This document shows, in pieces, positions 13,101-23,700 of a stretch of 64,000 nucleotides of DNA. The number at the start of each line of letters is the position of its first letter. The stretch's first letter is position 1. The stretch spans positions 3,348,001 through 3,412,000 of the forward strand of contig CAIIXF020000001.1 of NCBI GenBank assembly GCA_903813345.2, in the 5' to 3' direction. The DNA comes from Owenia fusiformis (lineage: Eukaryota). The notes beneath the pieces are model-generated. The model saw only the letters and a program-made list of their open reading frames with translations, was not told where the DNA came from and did not search any database. The position numbers and the translations under genes were made by a program.

Positions 13101-14112
13101 AGAAAAGTTAAAGTCTAATAAAGTAACGTTTTTAAGGCAAAGTACTGTGTTTTGAAAATGCCTGCATAAAAAGCCATCAGTTCTTCGTGGAGTATGGTTA
13201 AAATCGAATAAAGTAACGTTTTACTGTCAAAATACTGTGTTTTGAAATTGCCTACATATAAAAATCATCCATTCTTCGTGGAGATAAGTTAAAGTCCAAT
13301 AAAGTAACGTTTTTAAGGCAAAGCACCGTGTTTTGAAAATGCTTACATAAAATCATCCATTCTTCGTGGAGTATTGTTAAAGTCGAATAAAGTAACGTTT
13401 TACTGACAAAGTACTTTGTTTTGAAAATGGCCTACATAAAAAATCATCCATTCGTAGAGATCAGTTAAAGTCCACTAAAGTAACGTTTTTAAGGCAAAGT
13501 AACGTGTTTTAAGAATGCGTACATAAAAAGCATCCACTCTTATTAGAGAAAACTTAAAGTCTATTAAGGTAACGTTATAAAGGCAAAGTAACGTGTTTTA
13601 GAAATGGCTACATAAAAAATCATCCATTGACAATGAACGAACGTTTTAAAGGCAAAGTAACGTGTTTTAAAATGCCTGCATAAAACATAATCTATTCTTC
13701 GTAAAGATAATGATTATATCACCAGGTTTCAACAGCCAAGGTAGCCAACGTTCCTTAATTACTTTTCATAATAACAAAACGAAAAAAACGGTACTTTTAA
13801 AATGTCAATATTTTTTGTCCCTATAGATCTATCGTGACATGTATAACCAAGTTGGAGTCCAACTTTAGACTGATTCATAAAACACATAACAATGCGATCC
13901 ATAATGGATCTAAATGACATACCCTGTGCATCACCACCACTTGTGAAGACTGCAATTGATTTGCCAGCATAGGAATTTTTTTCAACTTTGTGACCCTCTC
14001 TCCCAGCAGCAGCAATTATTGACATCCCTTTACTCAGATGCCTCCTCCTTTCTTGAGTTGCACAAACCCCGTCTGTGACAGTAGCGTCAGAAAATGACAC
14101 CGAAGCATCCAT
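1156..14112 (-). CDS. PFK: ATP-dependent 6-phosphofructokinase, 5' part (continues beyond the window start)
   Basis: Exons: E1 14112-13923 (MDASV...[13 protein letters not shown]), one of three E2 variants (74 nt), E3 1610-1533 ([26 protein letters not shown]), E4 1345-1156 ([53 protein letters not shown]). All introns are GT-AG with consistent phases. Hallmark PFK motifs TSGGD, GSARC and GGDGSLTGA are present. Confidence 0.97.
2711..3742. mobile_element. Foldback-type element with inverted minisatellite arms
   Basis: Array of (tcaaccccaag/tcaaccccagtaaaac) at 2718-2858 and its reverse complement at 3596-3735. Flanked by direct repeat gtctattg (2703-2710, 3743-3750). A small GGCGTAGCCAG-type MITE is nested at about 3123-3298. 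Confidence 0.8.
3761..3942. mobile_element. Tc1/mariner-like MITE
   Basis: ta|cagggt...accctg|ta ends. A better-preserved relative lies at 48054-48526. Confidence 0.6.
4245..4318 (-). CDS. PFK: PFK alternative exon 2c (74 nt)
   Basis: tctag|GC ATG AAT GGA...AAA GAG|gtatgg; encodes [25 protein letters not shown]. Confidence 0.9.
4796..4890. repeat. (CAGTA)n pentanucleotide microsatellite between PFK exons 2b and 2c
   Basis: Direct reading of tandem cagta/caata units. Confidence 0.95.
4971..5044 (-). CDS. PFK: PFK alternative exon 2b (74 nt)
   Basis: acaag|GC ATG AAC TCT...AAG GAG|gtaggg; encodes [25 protein letters not shown]. Confidence 0.85.
5742..5815 (-). CDS. PFK: PFK alternative exon 2a (74 nt)
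   Basis: ttcag|GT ATG AAC CCT...AGA GAG|gtattt; encodes [25 protein letters not shown]. Confidence 0.9.
8891..10539. mobile_element. Nested non-autonomous element with 9-bp TSD (Mutator/foldback-like)
   Basis: TSD tttccgtta at 8882-8890 and 10540-10548. Ends are built from palindromic gagccttaaaatttaaggctc units. The uninterrupted target site is seen on the host's opposite arm (about 11961-11996). Confidence 0.85.
10198..10266 (-). pseudogene. Degenerate tRNA-like sequence (Gly TCC-like) inside the nested transposon
   Basis: Minus strand reads actctggtatagttgttagggtactcgctttccacttctgcggcgtgggttcgattccccgacggagca. A- and B-box-like motifs are present, but the anticodon stem is broken. Confidence 0.55.
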
Positions 14113-14542
14113 GGTGTTAGGAGGATACTTCGTCTTCTCTAATTTTCAAATAATTTAGCAGATATTACAAGCTAAATTATATATTTTGAAAAAATGACCT
14201 TCAACAGCAGACAAGGTGATTAGTTCTTATTCCAATCACCAGGTTTAACTAAATTTGTCCACTAGGTGGCGTCCATAATTATTGAACCCCGAATGAGGGG
14301 CCCTCTCGGTAAGAATAGCACTATTTTGATATAGATATTAATACGCACCGATAAACTTTGATTGTGATATATCATTATTGGAAAAAATATTGATTGTGTA
14401 ATATAATAATCAAGGTATGATATGTAAATATAACATATTTTCAAGAATTTTGCCATTTTTGTTCGAACTATTTTTTACTGCCCATTTACTCAACAGGTGC
14501 GCTTAGGTCTCCCTCTTTCACATCGTGGTAAAATTCGCTACC
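14113..14542. promoter_or_regulatory. Compact head-to-head PFK/RPL19 promoter interval
   Basis: The divergent ATGs are 430 nt apart. Polypyrimidine TCT/5'TOP-like tract ctccctctttc at about 14509-14519 upstream of RPL19. CTCF-like CCACTAGGTGGCG at 14259-14271. Confidence 0.65.
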
Positions 14543-17230
14543 ATGAGGTAAAATTCTCCCATTACTTTCCCTTTTACAGATATATTCAAATTGATATCAA
14601 TTTTTATTTTGGTTCACTTTCAACATGAATGTTTCAACCTACCATTGAGATATATTTGAAATAATTGTGCTGCTCACACACTATAGAATCTTGAAATGTA
14701 AAATGGGTGATAATTTTGAAGTTGAAAAAAATGGCTGCCATGTTTTAATTTTGTATAAATAAGTCTAAGGAAAACTACATCTATAGTACTTGCAATTACA
14801 TTGTAAACTCACTACAAAGGTTATATCTCTCTCTAATGTATGTGTATTATTTCAGTACACTGCGTCTGCAGAAGCGTCTGGCATCTGCTGTGCTCAAATG
14901 CGGCAAAAATAAAGTTTGGTTGGACCCCAACGAAACAAATGAAATAGCAAATGCTAACTCACGTAAGTACATTTTGAATTAGTTCTGACTAAAGTGTTTA
15001 TTAACATAATCATAAACCTCATCTGATGATAATCACCAGATCATTGTCGAAATGGCAGCATTATATGCCTGATGGCTGATACGTATCATCTCTTCTCTGC
15101 TTTTGCAAATTATGTAACAAAGTCATTTCACTTAAATCTGATCTGCAGTAGAATTTCTGGATTTTGGAACATAAATGAATTGTCCTCGCATGTATCTGAC
15201 AGAACTCAGTCACTTGAACAGAATAGAATTGACCGAAATGAAAATCAACACACTCTGCTCATATTATTTGTCCCTGTCCTTGTCCCTTTAGAAGTTGTGT
15301 TTATTGCGATTCCAAAAAATCAGGGGTTATTTGCAAAATCCCAAATCTCATTCCAAACAATGCAAAAAGCAAGAAATTTTAAATTAAACTGGAGTTGATG
15401 CATAGTTCACCACCTTCTCGAATGCTGTTCACTCCAGAGAGATATCGGAGATCCATTTATATTTGTTTCGGTAAAATTTAGCGTGATTCCTCCAAGTATT
15501 GGTAGGTATTTTCGTAAGAAATAGATAAAAATATTGTATACAGATGACTGATTGGGGTGTTCTGCGGAACCATCGATTCCAAGTTGAATTTATTATTATT
15601 GTTTCGATTTGCAAGTGATCCGCTATCTGCTATCTGTTCCATTGGCTGTGAGACGAGATGTGTGTTCAAATACACTGTTTAGTTCATAGATTATCTTAGC
15701 AAGTATAAATGTTGCATTGTAAATATAAATATCTAATTTGTACTGTTGTATTTTTCTCAGGTCAGAATATCAGGAAACTGATTAAAGATGGTCTGATCAT
15801 CAGAAAACCTGTAGCAGTTCACTCCAGGGCTCGTGTGCGCAAAAATGCCATTGCACGAAGGAAGGGTCGTCACTCTGGCACTGGAAAGAGAAAGGGTACA
15901 GCCAATGCTCGTATGCCACAAAAAATTATCTGGATGAGGAGAATGCGTGTGCTTAGGAGACTTCTGAAAAAATACAGAGAAGCCAAAAAGATTGACAGAC
16001 ACATGTTAGTATACTTGGTTCTTTAGGAGTACCCATTTTAGTCTTTATAAGGACTTGCAACACATGACTGCATACATGCATCTTTTCATCATTTCAAAAT
16101 TACTCAGTTTTTTCATTGTAGACATCAAGTATCAAATTAGCCTCCCATAAGTAAATTGTTTAGAGCATAGGTTTTCCTTTTTGGGTAATCATGTAATGGT
16201 GTCTTCTCATATCAATACCATTATTTAACACTGACTGAATCTTAGTCCTTCTGAAATCATATTGATCTTGAGGCATCAACGCCTCTAAGTTAAGCTGAAG
16301 AAAATGAGCTTCCTGGCAAATTTAAAACAAAAGAAATAAATTCGAGGTTAAGTATTGATGTCTTTCAAATAATGTAGTATTCTTTGGTGTCTCAAACGGA
16401 CAGGCCAGTCAGCCAAATTAATGAATTAAACTAAAAATATGATTTAGTATTTACTTTATGTATAATTGCATTGTATTCCACAAAAATCAGGAAATTCCTG
16501 TATGTGTTTCAACAAAGATAAAGTATTCTTCTTTCTGATTTCCAGGTACCATCAGTTATACTTGCAATGCAAGGGTAACACATTTAAAAACAAGAGAGTC
16601 CTCATGGAACACATTCACAAAGAAAAGGCTAAGAAACTCCGAAGCAAACAGCTCAGGTTGGTTGATAGAAAACAATTGGTTATTGCAACCTTATTGCGAC
16701 AGCTCACATCACAGTTACTAGAATTACGTGTTTACTCAGACATTTAATTTCGCATAATTTTGCATTTCTGGAAATGCCACATAATTCATTCACCACTCGG
16801 AGCATAATTGTTTGTATAATTTACATTTTTCTGAAAGAATGTAGTCGAATTTATCTTACTGCAATACTTAACATTTTCACTAAACCAAAGCAAGTCAAAT
16901 TCCTATATGAAATGATCATTTCATTTAGGGCCAATGCTCTGGGACATAAACGAGAATGAACCAGTGAGCTGTAAATGTATCATATTTGCTGTCAATGAGT
17001 TCTACCTCGACATTTCAACTCTACCAAAATTCTCTTGATTACCATTTTGATCAGTTACAATAAATATATCACCTGTCACCTAAATTGTTCTCTTTTCTTC
17101 CAGTGACCAAGCTGAAGCCCGCAGGACGAAGACTCGTGAAGCTCGCAAGAGACGTGAGGACCGTATCGCACTCAAAAAGCAGGAGCTTCTCAAAACTTAT
17201 GCCAAGGAAGATGAGGCCGCCAAGAAATAG
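14543..17230 (+). CDS. RPL19: 60S ribosomal protein L19 (eL19), 197 aa
   Basis: Exons 14543-14547, 14856-14962, 15761-16004, 16546-16656, 17104-17230 (594 nt). Translation [51 protein letters not shown]...[12 protein letters not shown]...AAKK*. ATTAAA at 17255 and 17268. Confidence 0.98.
16884..17015 (+). ncRNA. Intronic box H/ACA snoRNA, predicted 18S rRNA pseudouridylation guide
   Basis: Hairpin 1 (ccaaagca/tgctctgg lower stem, tccta/taggg upper stem), H box ACATAA 16944-16949, hairpin 2 (cgag...ctcg), then ACA at 17010-17012 plus 3 nt. About 132 nt in total. The pocket agtcaaatt + gcc is complementary to the conserved 18S sequence GGC-UU-AAUUUGACU. Confidence 0.75.
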
Positions 17231-17588
17231 ACTGATTCAATTTGTACATTGTAAATTAAAAGATCTAATTAAAGGCGATAAGTGGAAACAAGAATTACAT
17301 ATTTGTTGTTGATTGATAGATATCACTGACAAGGAATGTCATGCAGCTGAAGTAATTATATGGCCATTGAGAAGTGGCGACATATTGTCCAGAAATGGGC
17401 GTGACATGGATTGAGAAGCAAAAACTTACTATTTATCTCCCCTTAGGCTTTTTTATCGCTCCCTTGGGTGCTATATTCTGATCAGTTTTGCAGGAACGTT
17501 TGTCACTTACTTTTGTCTACTCATTTACAGGTCAACTTTTCAGGGGTGTTTCATTGTATGATAATCTCAGTTGATCAATTTTTGGGGG

Positions 17589-18122
17589 TTTTATGTCACC
17601 ACCAAAAAGTGGTGTCATATTGTCGTGGTCTCTGTTTTTTGTGACAGCGGTTGGCATTCGGCAGTTTGTGTCTGTAAATTCTTATGCAATAACTTTTTTT
17701 TCAAAATCATCCATAAGTTCTCAGAAATTCAAATCTGACGAATGGTTTTAGATCCGACCTTCAATGACCTTCTCGGGGGAAAAGACATGCTATAAATTGA
17801 CCAAATCTTTGTTCAAATGTGACTTTAGACTGAGATTTGACCTTCTCAATGTCTTTTTTCAACTTGCTTCAAATTGACCAAATTTTTTTCAAAATCTACA
17901 ATTTCTCGAGATTTAACCTTTTTCAACTTGCTTTAAATTGATCTTCTTTTTTTAAATCATCAAGTTCTCAGAAATTCAAATCTGATGATTTTTAGATTTA
18001 AGACTTGAGCTTCAATGACCTTCTTAGGTAGGTATTTTTTCAACTTGCCTCAAATTGAACACGTTTTCAGGAAAATGATGTGAGCATCTAGGTGGTGACA
18101 TTTTGTCATGTAATGCCTTGTT
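17589..18122. mobile_element. Helentron-associated (HINE/pearl-like) non-autonomous element
   Basis: Terminal hairpin tatgtcaccaccaaaaagtggtgtcata, degenerate internal tandem repeats and a ggtgacattttg...tgccttgtt end. A short relative lies at about 36135-36279. Confidence 0.55.
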
Positions 18123-20667
18123 TTCATATTTATGTTGTTATAAAGTTCATCATATTTCTGATTCTCTATTAGTATTAGAACTATAAAAATGACGTTTTTC
18201 CTCATCATTCTGGTATAAGGCATCTACTTAATTTACCACAAAACCTATACACTCTACTATACCTAACCCCTAGAAATGCATAAGATACTCTGGTTGCCTA
18301 ATTGTATTGTTTAGTATATTTTAAGTACCTTATTAACATCTAACAGTCATCTGATAAGCCATAATAAGGAACAGACAAATAAAAACAAATAACGCAATCA
18401 TTACAAATGGGTTGCTCATGAACACCAAATGCAAGGTATGGTAGAGTGATAGTGAACCCACCAATTACTTAATACAGAGCTTAAAGAGAGAATCAGATAT
18501 AGCGAGAAGGCTAAACAAAAAATTGTTTCAATTTTAGAATACTTTTGGCTCATGTCATTCCTTGTCATGTCTATTTTCTAAAAATCACAAAAGTGCATAC
18601 TTTATTCCAGGAAAACTAAAGATTTTTACAATAATGTATTATTTTTCTATAAGAATGGTTACCATTCTTATTATTTGGGAGAATTTAAACATTTTTCACC
18701 CATTTTTGCACTTTGAATCATTAATAACTTCACCAATTTATAACATATTGTGAATCTTTTGGGAGATATTGTATTTGATATTGTAAGGAATAGATTGGTA
18801 GGTCAATTATACATGTTGCTTGTAATTTTGTCACCCCCTATAGATCAGATTCTTCCTTTAATACATCCAAAGATTTAGCGACAATAAAATCCCATGAAAT
18901 TAGGACAGAGTGATAAGAGTTGGATTGATGGTTACAGTATGTCCGCCATTTGTGACCAAGGTGTGAGTACTAAAGTGAACCTACTGACTGACTGTAGATT
19001 AAGGTTTACTATTGACCATAACCTGAAGTGAATCTTATACAGTTAAATATATCGGAAGGTTCATTTAGATCATTCAAGTAAATGAAACCTGAGACCTAAT
19101 AAGTTGCACACAAAGCAGACCTGTCAATACTAGTAGCAAGGTATTATAAGGTAGCCCCTGGAAGGTAGCTACCAGGATCACAATCAGGTTGCCTATTCGG
19201 TCCAGATCAGTGGATCTACTTTCATATGAACGTTTAGTGAATTAGATGACTAAAAGATACAGATGTACTGTAAACAAAATTATCTGCTTGGTATCTCAGG
19301 ATCTATCTAACCTCGAAATCAAATCCAGGAAAAAAGTCATGTCGCTGATAAACAAATTCAAAACTTCATTTTTAAATTTAGATTTCAAATATAATACACT
19401 TTGACTATTTTGAATATTAAAAAATCAAGATTACTATAGTCTTTGGAGAAGAGGAGGGAAAGCCCCATAGTTTTAGACGTGACAGACATAATTACATCTC
19501 TTGCTTACCACCTTTGTTTTTCACTGGCTAGTTTACGAATACAACACGTCAGTTTGATGCTTTAAGTAATATTTCCATATTCCTTACATCTTTTTTTATC
19601 TTGGTGTTATTGTTTATAAAATATTAATCACCGTGCCAGCGGGGGTGCCAGAAATTAACATAATACTATTGGAAGCCTGTTTAGAAATTTTGAAACTGCC
19701 ATTGAATGATGTCATTTGCCTTTCGATTAGACCAATCAGTGACGATGTCTCCTCAATACAGATTTACATTATACATGTATCTCATACTTGAGAATGAGTG
19801 GGTTTGGGGTAGATATCACCCGGGAATATATATCATATCTGAGGAGCGGGCAGGATATATTATATATGTCCCGCTCCAGGGCAAATGTGGGCAGATATAA
19901 TATATCCATCCCGCTCCCGGGAATTTTTTAAAAGTTTTAACAATTTTTTAAAAATTAACATTTGAAAGTTTAAAATTTGTTAAAAAGTTTAAATGTTACA
20001 ATTTCATTGTACATGTATTGAACTAAAGGAATATTACGAAAATGTTAAATCCAAATTCTGCTTTACAGTATAGGCCTATCTTGTCATTTGAAAAGGTTGG
20101 AACCCCATACCCACTTAAGTATGAGATACACCAGTTATGTACGATCGGTTTTGGATATAGGGTATATCCCTCTGGAAATATTTATATCTCCCCTTGGTCC
20201 CTTCTTCCTCGGGATGATAAAAATATATTCCTCAGGATATAACCTATATCCAAAACCTCCCAGTACATAACCCTTATATGTCTTCTCTGAACCCTGGAGT
20301 TATTCCCCTCTTTCTTTAGAGGTAGCAAATAGTGAAACTCATCTCTCCTAATCATAAACCACTGCTGCCACCTTTATATCGGCCTAAAACTTCTGGAACA
20401 TTTATAAATCTCTCAGGCGCTGGTCATTTATAGATGTCAGACTTGTATGATTTTTAGGGGTCGTATCAAGAAAGTTTCCTCAAATTTTAAGTTATGTTTA
20501 CTGATTATTTGGACTATATTGCTGTAAAGATCATTAGTCGATGTCAGTAATCTGTAATGTAAAATGTATTTTACGTGTTCAAACACGACAGCGCTGAAAT
20601 GTACTGCAGATAAATGCCAAACAATAAAAACCAATAATCGTTGTTTATACGATCCCCTTCAACTGTG

Positions 20668-20679
20668 GCCGCCATTTTG
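20668..20679 (+). promoter_or_regulatory. YY1-like motif near the probable Argonaute transcription start
   Basis: GCCGCCATTTTG about 100 nt upstream of the predicted ATG. The motif is also common in local repeats, so evidence is modest. Confidence 0.4.
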
Positions 20680-20768
20680 ATTCATAATCTCAACATCATT
20701 CCAGTGAAATCTATCGGTGCTCTAAAAACGATGTTTTCTCTTCTCATTGAAGACAAAAGTATGATATA

Positions 20769-23700
20769 ATGCTTCCAATTAACCCTATAGGACCTGGTAA
20801 GTCTTTATATCTAGTTTCTATTTAGGTTCTAACTAGCAGGACGGAGAAAAGGCTGTTACAAATTGAATATTTGAGAAATTTATGAATCACTCAAATCAGA
20901 ATGAGGAGATCAGAAAATTGAAAAATGTGGAATATATTCTAAACATTAGATGTATTTAAGATATTTTGAGTTTTTTTATTTTGCCAATAGTCCACGACTC
21001 TCAAATGAGATGGTTTTGATATATATTTTCGCCTCTGCTTCTCTAACAAGCATATATTGTCTGGCATGTTTCACAAACAAAGGCTGAACAAAAAGTGAGA
21101 AACACAAAACATCAATGTGTTACACTGAACCAGTGTAGACATTATTCAGAGGTCGCATGAAGTGCTTTAATGGAATAGCCTTTAGAATGTTCATGCTTTA
21201 TCTGGAATTTGATTTTAGAGGCACGGGGGGTTGTTTGCTGAAATTTTTTATGCTCTGTATCGAAATATGGTGTTAAAAACTTGTTGTCCAAAAATTAAGA
21301 ACCTTAGGAACATGTCGGGTAAATGGTCTTCTTATTTTCGTACAATCATCCTTTGTAGAGACTCATCTTTACAACTATGATTGAACATTTGATTTTAAAT
21401 AATGAAGAAAACATTTCTTTACAAAATGTTAGCAAAACAATAGAGAAATTCATAAAACATTTTCCCCTGATAATTAGGACAGTCTTTGCTTTGAGCATTT
21501 TTATTATCAAAGTCTCTTCGATGTTGTCTTTCAACTTTTGATATTTGATGATTTTAACTATAAGTTTACATCTAAAGAAAACTGTCCTCTCAGATTTTAT
21601 TAAAAAATGTTCATGTCCCTTTGGTAAAATGAAAGACATTTTCACATCAATATCAAAAGTCTGCCAGTGCCATCAATTTCTTTTATCAAGTTTAATTGTA
21701 TCATTAATAGATTATGTAAATCTAATATTCAGTTCAATTTGTCATAATACCCTTTGTCCTGAGTTGATTTAGAGTTCACCTGTATGAACAGTTTTGGTAT
21801 GATGTTCTCACAAGTTATCTATTCTCTAAAAAGCCAATTTAGCCTTATCCGCACTGGAGTGTTCAGGTGAATTTAAAAATCTAAGAAGTTATAGAAATTC
21901 AAAAATTCAAAGAACTTTCAACTTATTATAAGATGACCTTTTACAGTTAAAATAACCCATAATATATAAAATTTTCCTCATGTTAACAAGAAATACAAAC
22001 TTTCAAGACAATCAAGGATTCTAATTTATTTCTTACTTATTTCGTACACAGCGAATGGTTTTATACCAAGCTTGTCACCACCAGACTTTAACCAAAACAA
22101 CAAGGACTCTTTACGTACAATGCTGCCAGGTAAATATAACACTAAGCAGCAACGTTACCTCTAAATTGAACAGAATACAAAATATATATTCAGAAGTACA
22201 ATAGTAGGGGATATTCAACCCTGCGCTGTCTGTAATATAACGTTATTCATTGCATGCAATGTTAGAGGCAACAAACTGTACCATGTACAGGGGCAATGAA
22301 ATGCAGATCAGTCAAGCCCCCAAGGACGTAACATATGGGTATACTGTAATTAAAGCTTTTACCCATATACTGGGGTGATAAAAATGATTTCAGTACCCCT
22401 GATAATTTACCTATCATTTTACATGTTTGTAGTCACCTGTCTATAGATTACTTTTAAACTCAGTCTGTCTACCTATATGTATCTAGAATAAAATCTATAG
22501 TTAGTTTCTTTAGACATTCATCTTCATAGTGTGTAACTATCCATACTTTGTATAGGTAGGATTCTATTCCATCCAAGAACAGTATAAACTCTTCACTTAA
22601 TTGATACTAATTTCTCATATATTATTACCTGGAAATGATTTTTTATTTGGCTATATCCATGTCTGGAAAACAGTTCTAAAGAAGGCCACGGGTCATTTGT
22701 TATTTAGGGAATACTCATGAATATTAAGTATCGAAACCTGCTTCTTATATCACTTCAAATGGTCTCCAACCTTTTTTATGACATTTGGCAGACGGGTTGG
22801 TGTATGGCATCTATAATAGTTTGCAATAACTTACAAAGTTGTGACATGTTGTGTTAATGCCTTGTTTATAATATAAAATTATCAAGATGTCTTGAGTTGA
22901 TATCAGTGCAATTCTTTTATCAAAAATTGTTTTGATTCTTGAATATAGGCCTACCCTGTGAACTTCATGACTTTCTTCCTGGTTATTAGTTTTTTTCAAT
23001 GATCCGTGTCTAATTTAATTCATTTTTCTTTCAATTGCTATCCTATCTTGTTACTTTTTCAAATAAAGAATAAGTGAAAGTTGCATTATATTGCAGGGGC
23101 AAATCAGGAAGTTATCAAAGGGGATCCGAAAATGCATTTTGAAAATATTTTGTTGGAGACACATTTGAAAATTTTGCCCCATTTTTCAAATAAAATTACC
23201 TTATTTTCCAAAAAACAAATTAGGCATTATTTGAAAACGAGGCCCAAATTATATAGTCTCATCCATATGACAATTGGCCCATGTTCTTTTTATATCCTTT
23301 TGTTTTGTTGGTGTTTATTATAATTTGGGGAATCCCCATATGACTAATTTGAAACTAAGTCACAAGATTTGTAGTGGTACTGACATATATTTCTGTACAC
23401 ACTTCCTTACCTATCTTCCTCCACCCCTAGCCCCACCCATGCATAGCAGATGAATTCCTAAATTCCTTACTTGGGAAGTATTCTTTCATGTTTCCCCAGC
23501 TAATCACTCAGTACTCAACTACCTACTGAACCCCTGATGTACTGTCTTGTTTAGTTGTGAAAAAAGAAAAAATTTTTGTGAAATACCATGTAATATCATC
23601 ATGGGAAGATCTTAAGTAATATCACAATGGGTTACAATTTACTCTTAACAGTGAATTGATATTGGTATTTCTTGGGCCAACTAGTCCAAGCCATGATGAC

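Larger units (their letters stand above)
7929..13825. mobile_element. Large foldback element (about 5.9 kb) in PFK intron 1, with inverted arrays of a ~60-nt unit
   Basis: ~65-nt terminal inverted repeats (tatagggaca...aaagtaccgtttttttcgttttgttattatg). Arrays of a ~60-nt unit at about 8010-8890 and inverted at about 11950-13700. Inner inverted match 10720-10811 / 11741-11870. No transposase ORF. Confidence 0.88.

Noticed and set aside
11950-13700. Regularly spaced ~60-nt repeats resembling a CRISPR array
   Set aside because: There are no unique spacers and no cas genes, the context is a eukaryotic intron, and the array is mirrored as an inverted copy at 8010-8890, so it is a foldback arm.
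15024-15080. Box C/D snoRNA candidate in RPL19 intron 2 (TGATGA...CTGA)
   Set aside because: It is only about 55 nt, with no clear terminal stem and no rRNA guide that I could recognise.
15389-15495. H/ACA-like double hairpin in RPL19 intron 2
   Set aside because: Stems are present (ctggagt/actccag, ggag/ctcc), but there is no proper H box or terminal ACA.
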